A stretch of DNA of 63,894 bases, filler included, from Reclinomonas americana ATCC 50394 (lineage: Eukaryota), in the NCBI GenBank assembly GCA_048213135.1. It is 12 parts of 9 records of this genome, joined end to end, with 100 filler letters (N's around TTAATTAATTAA, not from the genome) between each part and the next. Parts side by side here need not be neighbours in the genome. Positions count along the whole stretch, not along the records: positions 1 to 13,184 come from AFZH01015965.1; positions 13,285 to 16,633 come from PS015880.1; 10 more parts are not named here. One strand, given 5' to 3'. The first letter of the stretch is position 1. Every line of letters starts with the position of its first letter. The position numbers and the translations under genes were made by a program. This document shows, piece after piece, positions 1 through 13,347 of the stretch. The notes below the pieces were generated by a model, which had not been told where the DNA came from, did no database searches, and saw only the letters and a program-made list of their open reading frames with translations.

Positions 1-1995
1 ACAGTTTCGGTGTTAGTGCCACCTGCTGTGGTGGTGCTGATGGCGGCGATCGCTTCAGTCGCGGGGACGTGGCGGTCGCCGGTCGGACACGCGGTGAATG
101 CAGCGGTGGCCTTGTGCGCGGCTGCGGCTGCTGGTGTGCAGAGGCGGCTGCAGTGGACGGCGTCACCGGGCCGCCTTCGACGATGTCAGGAGAAGCGACG
201 GGGTCGGAGGCTGCCGGTGGCGGTGGTGGTGGCAGTGGCGGCAGCGTCGAATGCAAGTCTGCATCGCTACCACGACGCAGCATCTCCTCTGTCGCGATCA
301 CTGTGGCTTGCACACTCGTAGGTGGTGCGGTGGTGGTGGTGGTGGTGAGGGGTGCAGGCGTCAAGGGTTCATCACGCAGTCCCGTCGCCGAGGCCAACTG
401 TGGTGAAGAGTCGGCCGTGGGTGCCGAAAAAGCTGTGCCCGAGTTGGCCATGGACAGACGCAGTGCCATGCGTGGCGACTGCGTTTGCGACAGCGGCGTT
501 GGCGACGGTGCGACAACGTGCACTGGAGTTGGTGCGGAGGTGGGCACAGGAGACGGTGCTGCCGAGGGCCAAATGATGCGCGGCACTGACGAGTTGTTGA
601 GTGTCGAGATCACCGTCGGAGCTGGCGGCGAGTCGTACAAGTTGGGCGGCGGTGATTGCGACGATCTGTGAGCAGAGATGTTAAAAGAGGCGGTGGATCA
701 GTGTGCGTGCAATCTACGACTCACCCTCGTGACTGTGCCGAAGTTGGTCGCGACGAGGAGGTCGGCGTCCAGTTGGCCAGCATGGCCTCCATCGACGGCA
801 CCAGCGACACGTAATCGTCACGATCGTCCACCTGTTCCGCATGAGACTCACAGAAACAGTGGAATGCAAGCAGCACATAACGCAAAACGCACCTTGCTCG
901 ACGCCCCGCTACGTGCACTGGAGCCGCCCTTGGGCGCATTGAGCATGACCATCAGCGACGACGACGACGATGGATCTCCAGCATTGCGCAGCATGGCGTT
1001 GGCGGTGCGCTGCGGTGGCCCACCACTACCTCTCCGAAACCGAGGATCCATGCCACCACCTGTGCCTCCACCTGCACCGCCACCGCCACCACCTGCGGTG
1101 CCACCGTCCTCGGTACCACTTTGCACCGACGACGACGACGGCGAGGCTGTGGTTCCGCTGCCAGCAGCCGCACCACGTCGCGCACTGCTCATCGTCATCC
1201 CCTGGCTCTCCTTGTTCATCAATCCCAGCAACAGCGGCGTCGAGTGTCTTCTCTGCGACATGCGACTGGCAGCAATAGCCGCCATGCGAGCCAGCTCTGC
1301 CTCATCGTCGTCGTCGTCATCATCATCATCATCATCGTCGCCATCAGCATCACCACCACCATCATCATGTTGGTGATCGCTGGGTCGCGGCGACGGCTGC
1401 GTCACGGCCAGCATCGGAGCTGTGGTGGTGGCGGAGACTCCCAGTGTGCGACCATCCAACTCCAGCGAGGGATGTGCGCGTCGAGTCTCCACACCACCGG
1501 GCACACGTCGCAGTGCGCTCTGAGTGGGCGAAGTGCCTCCGGACGACGACGATGATCCGCGCAAGGGCGACACTGAACACGCAAGGATCAGTAACAAGCC
1601 TCACACGCACAACTGTGCAAAAGAGAGAGAGAGAGAGAGAGCGCACCTGACTTGGTGGCGCGCTCTCGTGACACGCTGAGCATCAGTGATCTGCGTGATT
1701 GAACTGACTCCAACTGTTGTTGTTGTTGTTGTTGTAGAGGTGGCGGAGACGGCTGTGATGGCACGTGTGCGGGTAATGGAGATGGTGGGTGTGCTTGTGT
1801 GGCACGGGAGCTGACCACCGAGTCGGAGGCACTGTGTGGCCGTTGGCGTTGTTGTTGCGTCGTTGGCACAGTCAGCGACACCATCATGGTCATCATCATC
1901 TCTTCGCTGGCGGTGGTGGAGGCGGTGGACGCCGGTGTTGCCACCATCACCAATGGCGGTAGTGGAGGAGGAACGGGGGAGGGTGGCGCCTCCAT
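1..1995 (-). CDS. Multi-exon Ser/Pro/Gln-rich low-complexity protein of unknown function; 3' end runs off the window
   Basis: ATG at 1995 (MEAPPSPVPPP...). In-frame exons are joined by GT..AG introns at about 1646-1576, 891-832 and 724-667. No recognisable domain in the visible part. Confidence 0.55.
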
Positions 1996-2082
1996 GATCG
2001 CCAACCCCTTATTTGGGACGAACGTTCAATGTCCTGTGCGTGAGTTCTTTCATTAAAACACCGCGTTGTGCCGTGCTCAACG

Positions 2083-5000
2083 TTACAGCCCGGGAGCGAG
2101 GCCGAGCATTTGCACGAGGCTGAACAACTCTGCATTGGCGTTTTGCTGCGAAAAAAGACATGGTGAGCGACAACTGGGTGGCAGTGCGGGTTGCTGCCTG
2201 CACATACCTCGTTGCTCACACGGTCGCGCATCTGCTTCTTGACTGCGCGGGCCACGTCGGCCACCTTATGCTCGCAGTCGGTGAGAATCTCCTTCTCAAA
2301 CACATCTGTGTGCGTGTGCGTGGATGAGTGGATGAGAGTGATCGACATTGATCGTCGATGTGAGCGCACACTCACCGAGCTCTCGTGTCGCTCGGGAGTG
2401 CTCCGACTCCAGCTCGTCCAGTCGGCGGCACATCTCCTTGTGCTTCTCCGTGTACAGCGACACTTCACCGACCAGCTTTTGCTGGGTGGCGCGGAAACGG
2501 CGCTGATTGGCTGTGTGCAGGAGATGAGTGCATCCATGCAGCGCGCGCTTCGTGAAGCGGCTGCACGGCACGCAACTCTCCAAGGCCTTGCGCAGCTTGT
2601 CGTACTGCTGCTGGTAGCTGAGCAGCAGCTCGTCGCTGTCTCCCACCAACACGTGAGCGACGAGCAGCAAAACATGGATGGATGGGTGGTGCGGCGCTCA
2701 CCGTCGCTTGTGGTACTGCTCACGTGCCTCGTTGACGAGCACCTCCACCTCGCGTTGCGCGTGCGCCGTCAACTCGACCACGACCTTGCGCTGGTTTGTG
2801 TGACGTTGCAGGATTTGCTGCGTGAGCGCCGACAGTTTCCTGCGTGGGCGGGGCCACAGTTGAGTGACTTGCATCCGCAAGGCGAGGAGACACCAGCAAC
2901 GCAACTGCTCAATGCTCTTGGTGTCGTCCAGGTCGAAGCTGTTCGACTCTTCGCTGGCGGGCGAAGCAGCTGCGAAACATGGTGGTGAGTCACGGTGGCG
3001 GCGGGAGTCTCTAGTGGACGCGACTCACCAAGCATGGCCTTGAGTGGTGTGGGTGGAATCGCCGATGCGGTGGCGGCTGCTGAGCGTCGGCGTGCCGGCT
3101 TGTGCGTCACGGTACTCGAGGCACCGCTGATGGCCGACACTGGACCGCTGACACGCGAGTATGAGAAGCCGTCGACCTGCATTGCATCGTCGTAGTCTTC
3201 GTCCTCGTTTCCCTCTTCCTCCTCCTCCTCCTCGTCCTCCTCCTCGTCGTCGTGGGAGGGGACACGGCGGTAGCGTGTGGCTCGCTTGGCAGCGGTGCTG
3301 TTCAGGCGATCGTCATCGTCATCCATCTCACGGACTCTGTCGTCGTCGCCGTCGTCGTCGGGATCGGCAAATGCCTTGCTGAGCGTCTTGCGTGACCGCT
3401 GCTGCGCTCGTGTTGGTCAGGACGACGATGCCATCACGCGACACACGCATAGCACTCCTTCTCAAGCTCACCGACTTCTTGGTCGACGCCATTTTGACAT
3501 CTGCATCTTCGTCCTCCTCGCTCGAATCGTGCAGCAGGCGCAGGTTGTGGAGGAATCCGGCTGCAACGGTGACGAAGAGTGCATGAGTGAGTGGGCGGAG
3601 AGCCACAGGGCATGTAGAATGACGCAACGTCGTTCACGGGTGGAACGATGACCACCGCCACTACCACCAACAGGGGCGGCGTTGGCGGGACTGAAGATGG
3701 CCGTGGAGAACTCATCCGCATCCTGTGTGTGTGACGGTGAATCGTGTTGAGAAACACGATGCATTCCCGCATGGCTGTGCACACGGTTGTGAACCTGATC
3801 CTCGGGTCGGGCCAGTGGCGGGGGCTTCGGAGAGCGCAATCCAGCAGCCGACCCCGCCGTCGTCCTGACGCCGCTGAGCAGATCCGATGTGGGAGCCGCA
3901 GCGGTGGCAGATGTCGCGCCCTTGGTGCTTCTGTGGGAGTGATTAGTGCGAGTCATGCCGGGCACGCTTGCGGCAGTGCCGTGGACGCAACTTGCGCGAC
4001 GCGGCAGTTTGCTTGGCGGGAGGCTCGTCGGCCTGTGTCCGGCCTCCACCTTTCTGCCGCTTCAGCGGCGGCTCCTCTGTCGTGTCCGTGGTGTCGGTCG
4101 CTCGCTTCTTGCCACCACGCGCACGCTGCGTGATAACAAGGGTAAGGCACCTCGCATTCACGGAGACGGTAGGAAGTTCATGCGTACCGGTTGCAACTGC
4201 TCGGCCTGGTCGGAGGTGCGCTTCCGAGCGCGGGTCGACGGCGTGCGCACACTCTGCAGCGGCGGACTGTCGTCCTTGGGCGGCACGGCTGCCGGCGGCG
4301 GCATGGCATTGCGGGCCTTGCGAGCCTTTGTCACGGCTTCCTCTGCCACGTCCTCCCCGTCCTCGTCGTCATCATCGTTTACCAGGGTGCTTCCGCGGCC
4401 TCGTGGCGCAGCAAGGTCCTCGAGCATGCGACCGGCGGCGGCACGCATTGCCCGTCGCTCGGCGGCCACTTGCTTCTTTCGTTCCTCATCCTCGCGAGCT
4501 CGCTGTGCCGCCTCGGCCTCTGCCGCCTCGGCCGCCTCTGCCCTCTCCTTCTCCTGGCGACGACGTTCGGCCTCGGTCGCCTCCTGGCGTCGACGTCGCT
4601 CCTGCTCCTCCTCTTGCTGGCGACGGCGCCGCTCCTCCTCCTCTTGCGCGGCCTCGCGGGCTGCGCGGCGGCGATTCTCCTCCTGCTGGAGTTGATGGCG
4701 TTCGGCTGCTTCGCGGCTCTTGCGCTCCGCTTCACCCATCTTCTCCACCGGATCGGCAGTTCTGCAGCACAGTGGTATGTCGGGAGTGAGAGGCAAGCAG
4801 CGACGGAGTGCGAGACTGGCGTGTGTGCGTGTTTGCTCGCAACGTTTTGATGACGGGCCGACCAGTCACCTTGGCCGCCAGGGCGGCGGCGGCGGCGTGT
4901 GCACGCGCGGTGCTGTTCTCCTTTTCCGACTCTGGTGGCGCACAGCGTGAGCGATTGCTTGTCGCCACGCACAGTACGAGAGAGGAGGCGGCGTACCGGC

Positions 5001-7206
5001 TGGCATGGGCATGTCGACAATGGCGGTGCTCATCTTTGCGCGGGTCGGTGCCGCGACCACCACGGGTGCATTGACGTCGGGCACGGGCTTTTGCGACAGC
5101 GGTTGTGGTGGCGGCACCTCGTCAACAGCTGTGCGCAGGAAAATGAGTGGAGTGGATGCAGCAGGCAGACTGTTGTGCGACCGTACCGGCGGCAGCGTCG
5201 AGCGCCATCTCCATCTGTTCCGACATGCGCGCCTGCTGCTTCTGATGCTCCTTCCAGGCCGCCATCTTGGGCGTCACCTCGCGAGACAGAAAGGCCATGG
5301 CTGCGTTCAATGAAAGGCAAGGGATGAGTGCACATGGTGGGGATCGATTACGGAAGTGCCACACGGGTACCTTCTTGCGGCAGACGCATGACAATGGTGA
5401 TGTCCGACGTGGCATCGTCGATGAGCTGTGTGCGTATTGGTCAGGTGAAAAAAAAGCACTGTCGTACACGTATCACTCACATTGGCGAGGTCGTGAATGG
5501 TGTGCAGCTGGAGGTGCACCTCGCGGAGCGCGTCGCGCACCTTGGCCGAGCGGATGTTGGGCCAGTTGAGGAAGTACAGATCCTTGTCCTGTTTGCGGTC
5601 CTTGTTGCCGTGAGGGCATTCAGCCAGCAAGCACCAAGTGCAACAAGAAGACACACGTATCCGTCATACCTGCGCCACGTAAAAGCTGATGCCTTCCGGA
5701 CTGAAGTCGACCCAGCCGGGCGACAAGTGGCGAGTGCCGATCTGAATGGACTGCGTAATGTACGAGTACACTCTGCTCGCAAAAAGAATGAGTCGATGGC
5801 CAAAGTACGTGAAGACGGAAGGTGGGAGCAGACACAACTTGCGCTCGCTTCCGAGGACGGCCTCACGGTTGACGGCGTTGAGAAAGTCGCGGACACACTG
5901 CGCGACGACATGTACAACTCGTCAGTCAAACTCCATGATGGAAAAAGAGTGGTGGCGCCACGCAACATCGGGAAAATCGGCTGCAGTGGCGTGCTCCAGG
6001 CGCCCAAAGGCATCCACCAGCGTCTCTCGGTTGCCGAGGATAGCCGGCAGTCGATTGCGCAACGCAGCGCGTTTGCCGGACGGCTTGTACATGACGATGC
6101 GGAACAGCAGCTCGGTGAGGTTGGCTTGCAGCGGGTACTCTGTGCATGTGTTCGCTTGTCAGTGACGTGTGCGTGCGGTGGGTGAGGGAATTGAATGCAT
6201 TATCTCTCACCATTTGCCTCCATGATGCTCTGAAACAGCGCTTTCCTGCGCGCGGTCATGATGTGAGAACTGTGGACACCGGCATCTCATGACAACTCAA
6301 CGCAACAGCTCGTCGAGAATGTGCGCTCGCTTGACCAGTGTCTCCTTGGCCTCGGGACGGTGGGCCAGCAGAAGATTGCCAACCTCGGCGGTCTTGCGCT
6401 GCGCCACGGCCGAGAACGGCGGCCCCGGCGGCCGCACACACAACTCGAACAACTCGCCGAGGACCTCCTCCACGAAATACGCCTTTTCTGTGGAGCCGTG
6501 CGAGGAGAGACCAGCAGTGAGTGCACAGGCAACAGACGCAGCCAAGGCCGCCGCCTCCTGCACGCAACGGCGTTCGTCCTCGGACAAAATGTCCACAATG
6601 GTCAGCAGGCCAATCCACGTGCGCACAAATTGCTGCATGACGCCAAACTCGGGCCACATTCGCACGCACTCACGCAGCAGTCGCACTGTGTACACATGAG
6701 CGCAGTGACACAGAGAGAGAGAGAGAGAAGAAGGAAAATTGACACAAAACACTGACCAACAGTGTGCGCCAACTTGTCAGCGGCCTCATTCTCGCGCTTC
6801 TCTGTGGCGCTGCTCGGCACACCTTGCTCCTCCAGAGTGACAATGAACACGTTGCAGACGACACGCGCATTGGGAAAGTTGGCCGAGTGAATTTCCTGTA
6901 CACACACACACACAAGGCACTTTGATGAGCGGGCAATCGGACTTCAATTGGACCCACCCGCGCACCCCACGCAACCGTGGCCAACATGTCGACCAGCTCC
7001 ACCAACACCTCTGCGGCCACTGGTGCACTGGTCAGTGCAGTGGCCGAGGAGAGAGTGGTGCCTCCATCCGCAAGTGCGTGGTGAGCAACTCCGCCCTCCT
7101 CGCCCTCTGCACTCAGCGCTCGCCGCTCATGTGCAAAGGCCTCCAACAGTGCAAACACACGCGAGCGAGGTGACGCAAGAATGCTCTTCAAGTCGGTGGG
7201 TGGCAT
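2083..7206 (-). CDS. SYCP2/Red1/ASY3-like meiotic chromosome axis protein (ARM-like + PH-like N-terminus, disordered middle, C-terminal coiled coil)
   Basis: Spliced N-terminal region reads EYPLQANLTELLFRI...AFGRLEHATAADFPDCVRDFLNAVN...RKVYSY...GWVDFSPEGISFYVA, matching the SYCP2 N-terminal domain pattern as recalled. A long E/R-rich and S/P-rich linker follows. Coiled-coil exons at 2083-2990 end ...LVQMLGLAPGL*. Confidence 0.7.
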
Positions 7207-7357
7207 GGGGTGTGTGTGTGAGGGGTGGTGGTGCTCTCTCCGCACTTTGCACCCAATTGAACTTGTTCTTTGCTCGCCACACACGTGAAAAAGTGAGCGC
7301 GGGAATGACGTCACGTCGATGTCGACCTTTTTACAATAAAAGAAAAATGGGCAGCAC

Positions 7358-8834
7358 TCACAGGCGCATGCGGGCGGTGCGCTCTCCGTGCTGGTACTGC
7401 ACTTGGTAGCGTGCCTTGTCGGAGTCGGTTTCGATGCCTGGAAGACAGAGTGAGTCGATACATAATTTGCTTGATGTGAAGGTGACAGACCTTCGCCGTG
7501 TCGCTTGTCACGATCCCAGCCGCCCTCTGCAAAGCAACGCGCTTGAGTCTAGTGTTATGGAGGCAGGGACAATCACGGTGGATCGCAACTGTACGCGGAG
7601 CCGTCACGGATCTTCTCCTCGCCCTGGCCGTGCTTCAAATTGTCTTCCCATTCACCCGTGTACACCACCTCGCGATTCGGCAACGCCTCCACTCCGTGTC
7701 CTTGCTTCTTGCCGTATGCCCAGCCACCGTCGTAGCTGAGTCCGTCGGGCCACACCATCAGACCTCGTCCGTGTTGCTTGCCGTCGTGCCATTCACCATC
7801 TGTTTTGTGTGTGCGTGCGTTCAGCCACTTGTACGTGTGAGGGGAGGGGTGGAATGAGCGACCAACCGTATCGCGATCCAAACGGCCATGACATGGTGCC
7901 GTAGCCACTCTTCTTCCCTCGCTCCCACTGCCCGCTGTACCTGTTCATTCAATGCGCGACTGAGTGTGACGCACAGAAGCACCACAGGCCGTTTTTTTCC
8001 TTTGCTCCGAACCGTTCTCCATTCACTTTGCTCTCCACGCCATAGCCGTGCTCGTAATTGTCGATAAACTGCAGCAGTACAAGTCAGTGATGGGCGCGCG
8101 CGCGCGGATTCCGGACAAGCTCGCCATCCACGCAACATCCTACACGCGCGCGAATCGACACCAGCAAGGACACAAGGATCAGTGAGTACAAACACACACG
8201 CGCGCGCAGAGACCAGCGTGCGGACTGCCAACGCAACACCCTGAGCGGACACACGCCATGTAAGTCACTCCACCAGCACAACACGTTCTCGCCCCTTCAT
8301 TGTCAACGCACCTCATACTCGATGGATCCATCGGGGCTCACATAGTGGCCCTTGCCGTGGAACAGACCAGCCTTCCACTGGCCCTCGTATCGACTTCCAT
8401 CGGGAAACTGGCAAGTGCTGTTTGACACAGAGTAGGAGAAAGATCAGTGTGACAGAGACAAGAGCGATGGTGTGTGAGAAGAGACGCAACCCGATGCCAT
8501 CAGGCAGATCCTCCTTCCACCCGCCACTGTACACCATTCCATTGCTCCACTCTGATCACACACACACACACAAAGAGTCAGAGTCAGAGTCGCGCGCGTG
8601 TGCAAGAGTCAGTTGTCTTCTCTCGCAACTCATGACACCATAGCCGAAGCGCTTGCCTGTGTCGTCAATCACGCCATCGTACTCTCTGTGTGTGTGAGTG
8701 TGAGAGTGTGAGAGCACAAAGATGCGATCAGTTGGTATCTTTGTAACACTCTTCCTGTCTCTTTCTCAGTGTCTCTCTCTGTGTGTGTTGCTCATGTGCA
8801 CAACGCACCCCTCGTGTGACTCGAACATTGACAT
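7358..8834 (-). CDS. MORN-repeat protein with two consecutive 3-nt micro-exons
   Basis: Repeated YxGxWxxGxxHGxG units (YSGGWKEDLPDGIG, YEGQWKAGLFHGKG, YDGEWHDGKQHGRG, YDGGWAYGKKQGHG, YTGEWEDNLKHGQG). Stop TGA at 7358-7360; the start is approximate. Confidence 0.85.
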
Positions 8835-9007
8835 GATTCAATCGCTTCTTCTCGATCGTGGCACCAAAACGTCGAAACGGACATGTCCTGTGCCGCAGAA
8901 GATCGCGCGACGTTTGCTCTCCCACTCACCCTCCTTCTTAAAAGTCGCCGGTAAATACATTTACACACTCACACACTCGCTGAAGCTCGCTGTGCAACAT
9001 CAACGGA

Positions 9008-11260
9008 TTAAAAGGGATTCAGCTGACGTCCCAGTCGCAGCATAAAGTCGGGCATCACACGACCGGGCGCACGAGCGAGCTCCGAATCGCCGCAGCGAGT
9101 CAGCAGAACGCTCACATCGCGTGTCAGTGGGCCAATCAGCTTGTAACCGGCTGGGTCCTCGCGTTGCTGTTTTGTGTGCACGAGATGAGTGCTGAGGAGA
9201 CTGACAGAAAGAGAGAGATACGAGATGGCACAGACCTTTTTGAGCTCGAGAACCCCGTATTCCGGTTCCCAGATAAAGGTGCGGAGTACGTCGTGCCACA
9301 CGCGGTAGTCGCCCGCCATGCAACCCTCGATAATAGGATCGGTGTGACCGTACTCTTGGAAGACAGACGCCGACACGGTGACTCCGGCGGCGCGCAAAGC
9401 GTGGCAGAAATCGATTGTCATTCGCCACGGCACACTCGTGTCCTCGATGCCGTGGTACAGAGCGATGCGCGGCAGCTCGGCAGCGACCAGTGGACCACGC
9501 TCGTCGGCCAGCAGGTGACGCGGCGAGTAGAGGCACATGTCGTTGCACATGACTCGGCGCAAAATGTCGCGATCGAGGCCGCGCTGGCGTTTGCAATTGC
9601 GTGAGACGACAACGATAATGGAGTAAGGGAGAAACAGAGAAGAACAAACCGTGTGGAAATGATCGGCCACATTCACCGCGTCAAACATGCCCGACACGCC
9701 GACGTAGCCGAGCAAATCCTTTGGCTTCCACGTGGTCGGCAACTGGCCAGGGTTCGGGCTCGCAAATCCGAGATCACGCTGCGCCATCTCCCACAGCAAG
9801 CACGCGCAGATGTGGGCGCCGGCTGACTGGCCGCACAAAACCACGCGCTTCGGATCGCCGCCGTACAACTCGGCGTTGCGGAGGATCTGTCGAGGAGATG
9901 AGAGGAGAAGGGAGGAGAAAGGGGAGATGAGATGGAAGGAGGGAGACGAGGGAGAGGGAAGGAGAGTGAGAGCGAGAGGGAAGGAGGGCGAGAGCGAATG
10001 AGAGTGAGAGGGAAGGAGAGTGAGAGTGAGAGGGAAGGAGGGCGAGAAGGAGAGAGCGAGAGAGGAGAGCGTGAGAGGGATGGAGAGCGAGGGGGAGAGC
10101 GAGAGGGGGGAGCGAGAGGAGGAGAGCGAGGGGGGAGATGAGAGAGGGAAGACGACAAGAATAACACACTGCACAAGAACAAGCCCAACACCTCACACTC
10201 CGGTCCACCCAGACTCACCCACGACACAGAGTCGCCGACATCATGAATGGAGCCACGGACGTTGGCCTGTGGGAAGTTGCGGTAGTCTGGGGCGAACACC
10301 AGAATGCCCTTGGAGGAGAGCCACCGTGCCACCCACGCGACCCATCCTCGGAAACCAATCACCCAACAGCCACCTGCAGTGCGACAATTAGCACGTGAAG
10401 AAGCAAGGAGACGAGGAAGACACGAGGAAGCAAACCAGTGACGACAATAAAGACAGGCGCGAGGGTCTTGGCGGTGCGCGCAGTCCTCGCCGGCAAGTAA
10501 ATATCCAACGAGTTGCGACTGCGTGGACCATACGCCACTCCTCGCCGCACTCGATTCGAGAACAGCCAATGAAACACGCCCGGCATGTACCCAGGCAACA
10601 ACATAAACACAAAAATGAACAGCCGTGCCGCTCGCACCAGCCACCTGGACACTCGCCTGAGTACACTGTATGCAATATACACGAACAGGCGTCACATATG
10701 CTCACCACAATGTTCCACGACTGAGTGCAAACACCAAGCGGATGGTGAGCCGCGTCAACAGCACCAAGTGCCACATCACATTGTGCCCGGAGAACACAGG
10801 CGACGACTTGGACGCCTTCCCGTCAGCCGCCTGTTCTCTCACAGTGAGTGCGAGGCAGATGCAGGAATCATCCACATGTACGATGCCTCACAGATGCAAC
10901 ACACGCACACAAACAACGAGACACAGAGAGAGAGAGAGAGACACGCACCTCCTGCGCCAACTGCTCGCACAATCGACACCCGATCTCACTGTGCGAAGTG
11001 CGTCTGTGTCTTTTGTGCTCCTCCGGAGATCCCTCATCTCCGGCAGCAGCAGAGGCCGAGTACACACGCGGTGTGCTCTCCACTGAGGATGTGTTGAGAG
11101 AAGATGAGGAGAAGGAGTCGCGCGGAAGTGCGTCATCTTCTTCTTCTTGATCGTTCACGTGTTGCTGTTGCTGTTGTTGTTGTTGTTGACTGTGATGGTG
11201 GTGCTCCATGTCGTCTAGAGAGCGGCTCTTGCCGGTGCTCTCAGCGCGATTGTGAAGCAT
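9008..11260 (-). CDS. Isoprenylcysteine alpha-carbonyl methylesterase (ICME)-like alpha/beta hydrolase
   Basis: YGPRSRNSLDIY, VTGGCWVIG, PDYRNFPQ, GGDPKRVVLCGQSAGAH (GxSxG nucleophile), LYHGIEDTSVPW, GHTDPII, C-terminal NPF*. Start codon uncertain. Confidence 0.85.
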
Positions 11261-11673
11261 AGCACCGGAGTTCTCGCTCTCTCTGTGAGCGATCGATCGG
11301 AGCCGCGCGCTGCGACGTTACAAATCGCAACTTGGGCAGTTCAGTCTGAGTCCGTCGGTGTGCGGTTCGCCGTGCTGCGCGTGCCTGCGTTGCGACGTCG
11401 TGTAAGCAGTTGGCGCTTGCGATTTCTCTCCAAGAACGTCGACGTCGAGCCATATCGATATCTGCCAAGCCATCCTTGATCTTGACCCGTGGCGCATGAT
11501 ACGTTTCGACGTTCTCTCGTACTGCCTCTGCGACGCTTCAGCTTCAGTTTCTGACCCGCGAGCTCACTCGACACTGCGCCGATCCCTGTACACTTGCAAA
11601 ACGCTGCTTTACGTACTCATCTCTCTGTGTGTTATCTCTATACTACGATGCAATCATCATGTTACTTACGATA

Positions 11674-13184
11674 CTACTTCCGTTTCCGGCTGCTACTACC
11701 ACCACTGTCACTGCCGCCGCTGCTCGGGCTGCCGGCCTCCTGCCACGCGCCTTCGTCGTCGCCTGCTGCTGGGTTGGCGACTGCGGCCTGCGTCGTCCAC
11801 TCAAAGTGCACGAGAAGCGAGACGTGGTCCGAGGGGTAGTTCTCGCCCGGCAGCAGCGTGTCGGAAGAGACCTGCTCGGCGTCCAGTGTCGACCACACGC
11901 GGACGGGTGTGACGGCCGGCGAGTGGAACACGTAGTCCTGAGCATGAATGAGAGAAGAGTCTTATTTTTTGCGGCAGGCAGGCACGCACGCATACGCACC
12001 AAGACACACTTCAGCACCGCTCCTTCGTTCACGTACTGCCAGGTGGTCCACGGAGCAACAGCTGGAGCGCCGTCGTCTTCTGGCTGCTGAGTGCCTGCGC
12101 AGCGCAACGAGAGAAGCATGAGTGAAGGCACCAGGTGGTAGATCGGCACGCAATGGTACTGCACCTTCGTCGAGATCGTGAATCAGCTGGCACATCTCCT
12201 CCGTGTCGGCCAGGCTGTACACGCTGCGCATGCGCATCGGGTTCCCGCAAATGACGGAGCGCACGCGGCTTCGCGGAATGGTGTTGAAGTCGCCGCACAA
12301 GATCACCGCCGCCTCTTCACGGTGGCGCTTGCGTGTCCACTTTTGCACTTGCTGCGGGCAGAGAGAGGCGTGTGAGTGGGAGAATGCGGTTGCCAGCGGT
12401 GGTGGTGGTGGTGGTGGTGAACGCACGTGCATCATCTGCTGCGTCTCGAGAACGCGTCGGTCCTCGTTCTCACGACCCGGCGCCGCCTTCAGGTGCGTCT
12501 CGCTGACAAACACAGGGCGACCAGTCGGCTTGTGCACCAGCTCGAGCATGAGGAAGAGCTGGCCGAGTAGAGCCTTCGGGCGACCGGTGTGGTGATAGTG
12601 AAAGCACTTTCGCTTCTTCGGCGCAAACAACTCTGCGCGCACAAAGGCAGTGAGCTGGCCTGCACACATCCACGCGCAGGCACCAACTCACCCTCGCGGT
12701 AGAAGATGGCACACCCGTCCATCGGAGGCTCCCCTTCTGCTCAGCACATCGTGAGAGCAGGCACAGGCGAAAAGCATCGGCTGCTCGCTGCACGTACCTC
12801 CACGTCGCCGGAAGTTCGACTTTGCCTCGAACTCGCCTCGATAACCCAACTCGCCCAGCCGCTGCTCGTACATGCCTGTGTCCTCCAAGCCTCAGGCACA
12901 TAACAAATGCGAACACGTGCCTGCTGCCGCACGTACCAATGTGGTTGACCTCGCACAGGCACAGAATATCGGCCTGTGAGCGCTCCAACTCGGCCAGAAT
13001 CAGCGGAATGCGATACTCCCAGGCCAATGCCGAGGGCGGAGTCTGCAATGCGGACATGAGTCTCAATGAAAGAGAGAGAGAGAGAGAGCACAGTGTGTGA
13101 CACTGAACGCAACGTGTGCCTCAAAGAACGACGTCAACCCGTCGGCCAAGCAGTTCCAGTGCAGCACAGAGAAGCCCGCGTGTT
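11674..13184 (-). CDS. Nocturnin/CCR4-family EEP phosphatase/deadenylase, 5' end at a gap
   Basis: SVLHWNCLADGL, ADILCLCEVNH, DGCAIFY, THLKA, ILCGDFN, LDYVF, NYPSDHVSLL are the EEP signature motifs. Confidence 0.88.
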
Positions 13185-13284
13185 NNNNNNNNNNNNNNNN
13201 NNNNNNNNNNNNNNNNNNNNNNNNNNNNTTAATTAATTAANNNNNNNNNNNNNNNNNNNNNNNNNNNNNNNNNNNNNNNNNNNN
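13185..13284. other. Artificial contig linker (N44-TTAATTAATTAA-N44). The same linker occurs at 16634, 18846, 27124, 34061, 46369, 51563, 54113, 57009, 58640 and 62653.
   Basis: An identical 12-mer giving stop codons in all six frames is centred in 100-nt N blocks. Confidence 0.95.
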
Positions 13285-13347
13285 CGACAGCCGGTCGGCA
13301 CTGCAGAGAGCACACTGAGGTGAGCAGGGAGCAAAAAGGATGAAAAA

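Noticed and set aside
13229..13240. Recurrent TTAATTAATTAA palindrome
   Set aside because: Always centred in 100-nt N blocks and gives six-frame stops, so it is an assembly linker. Adjacency across these linkers is not guaranteed.
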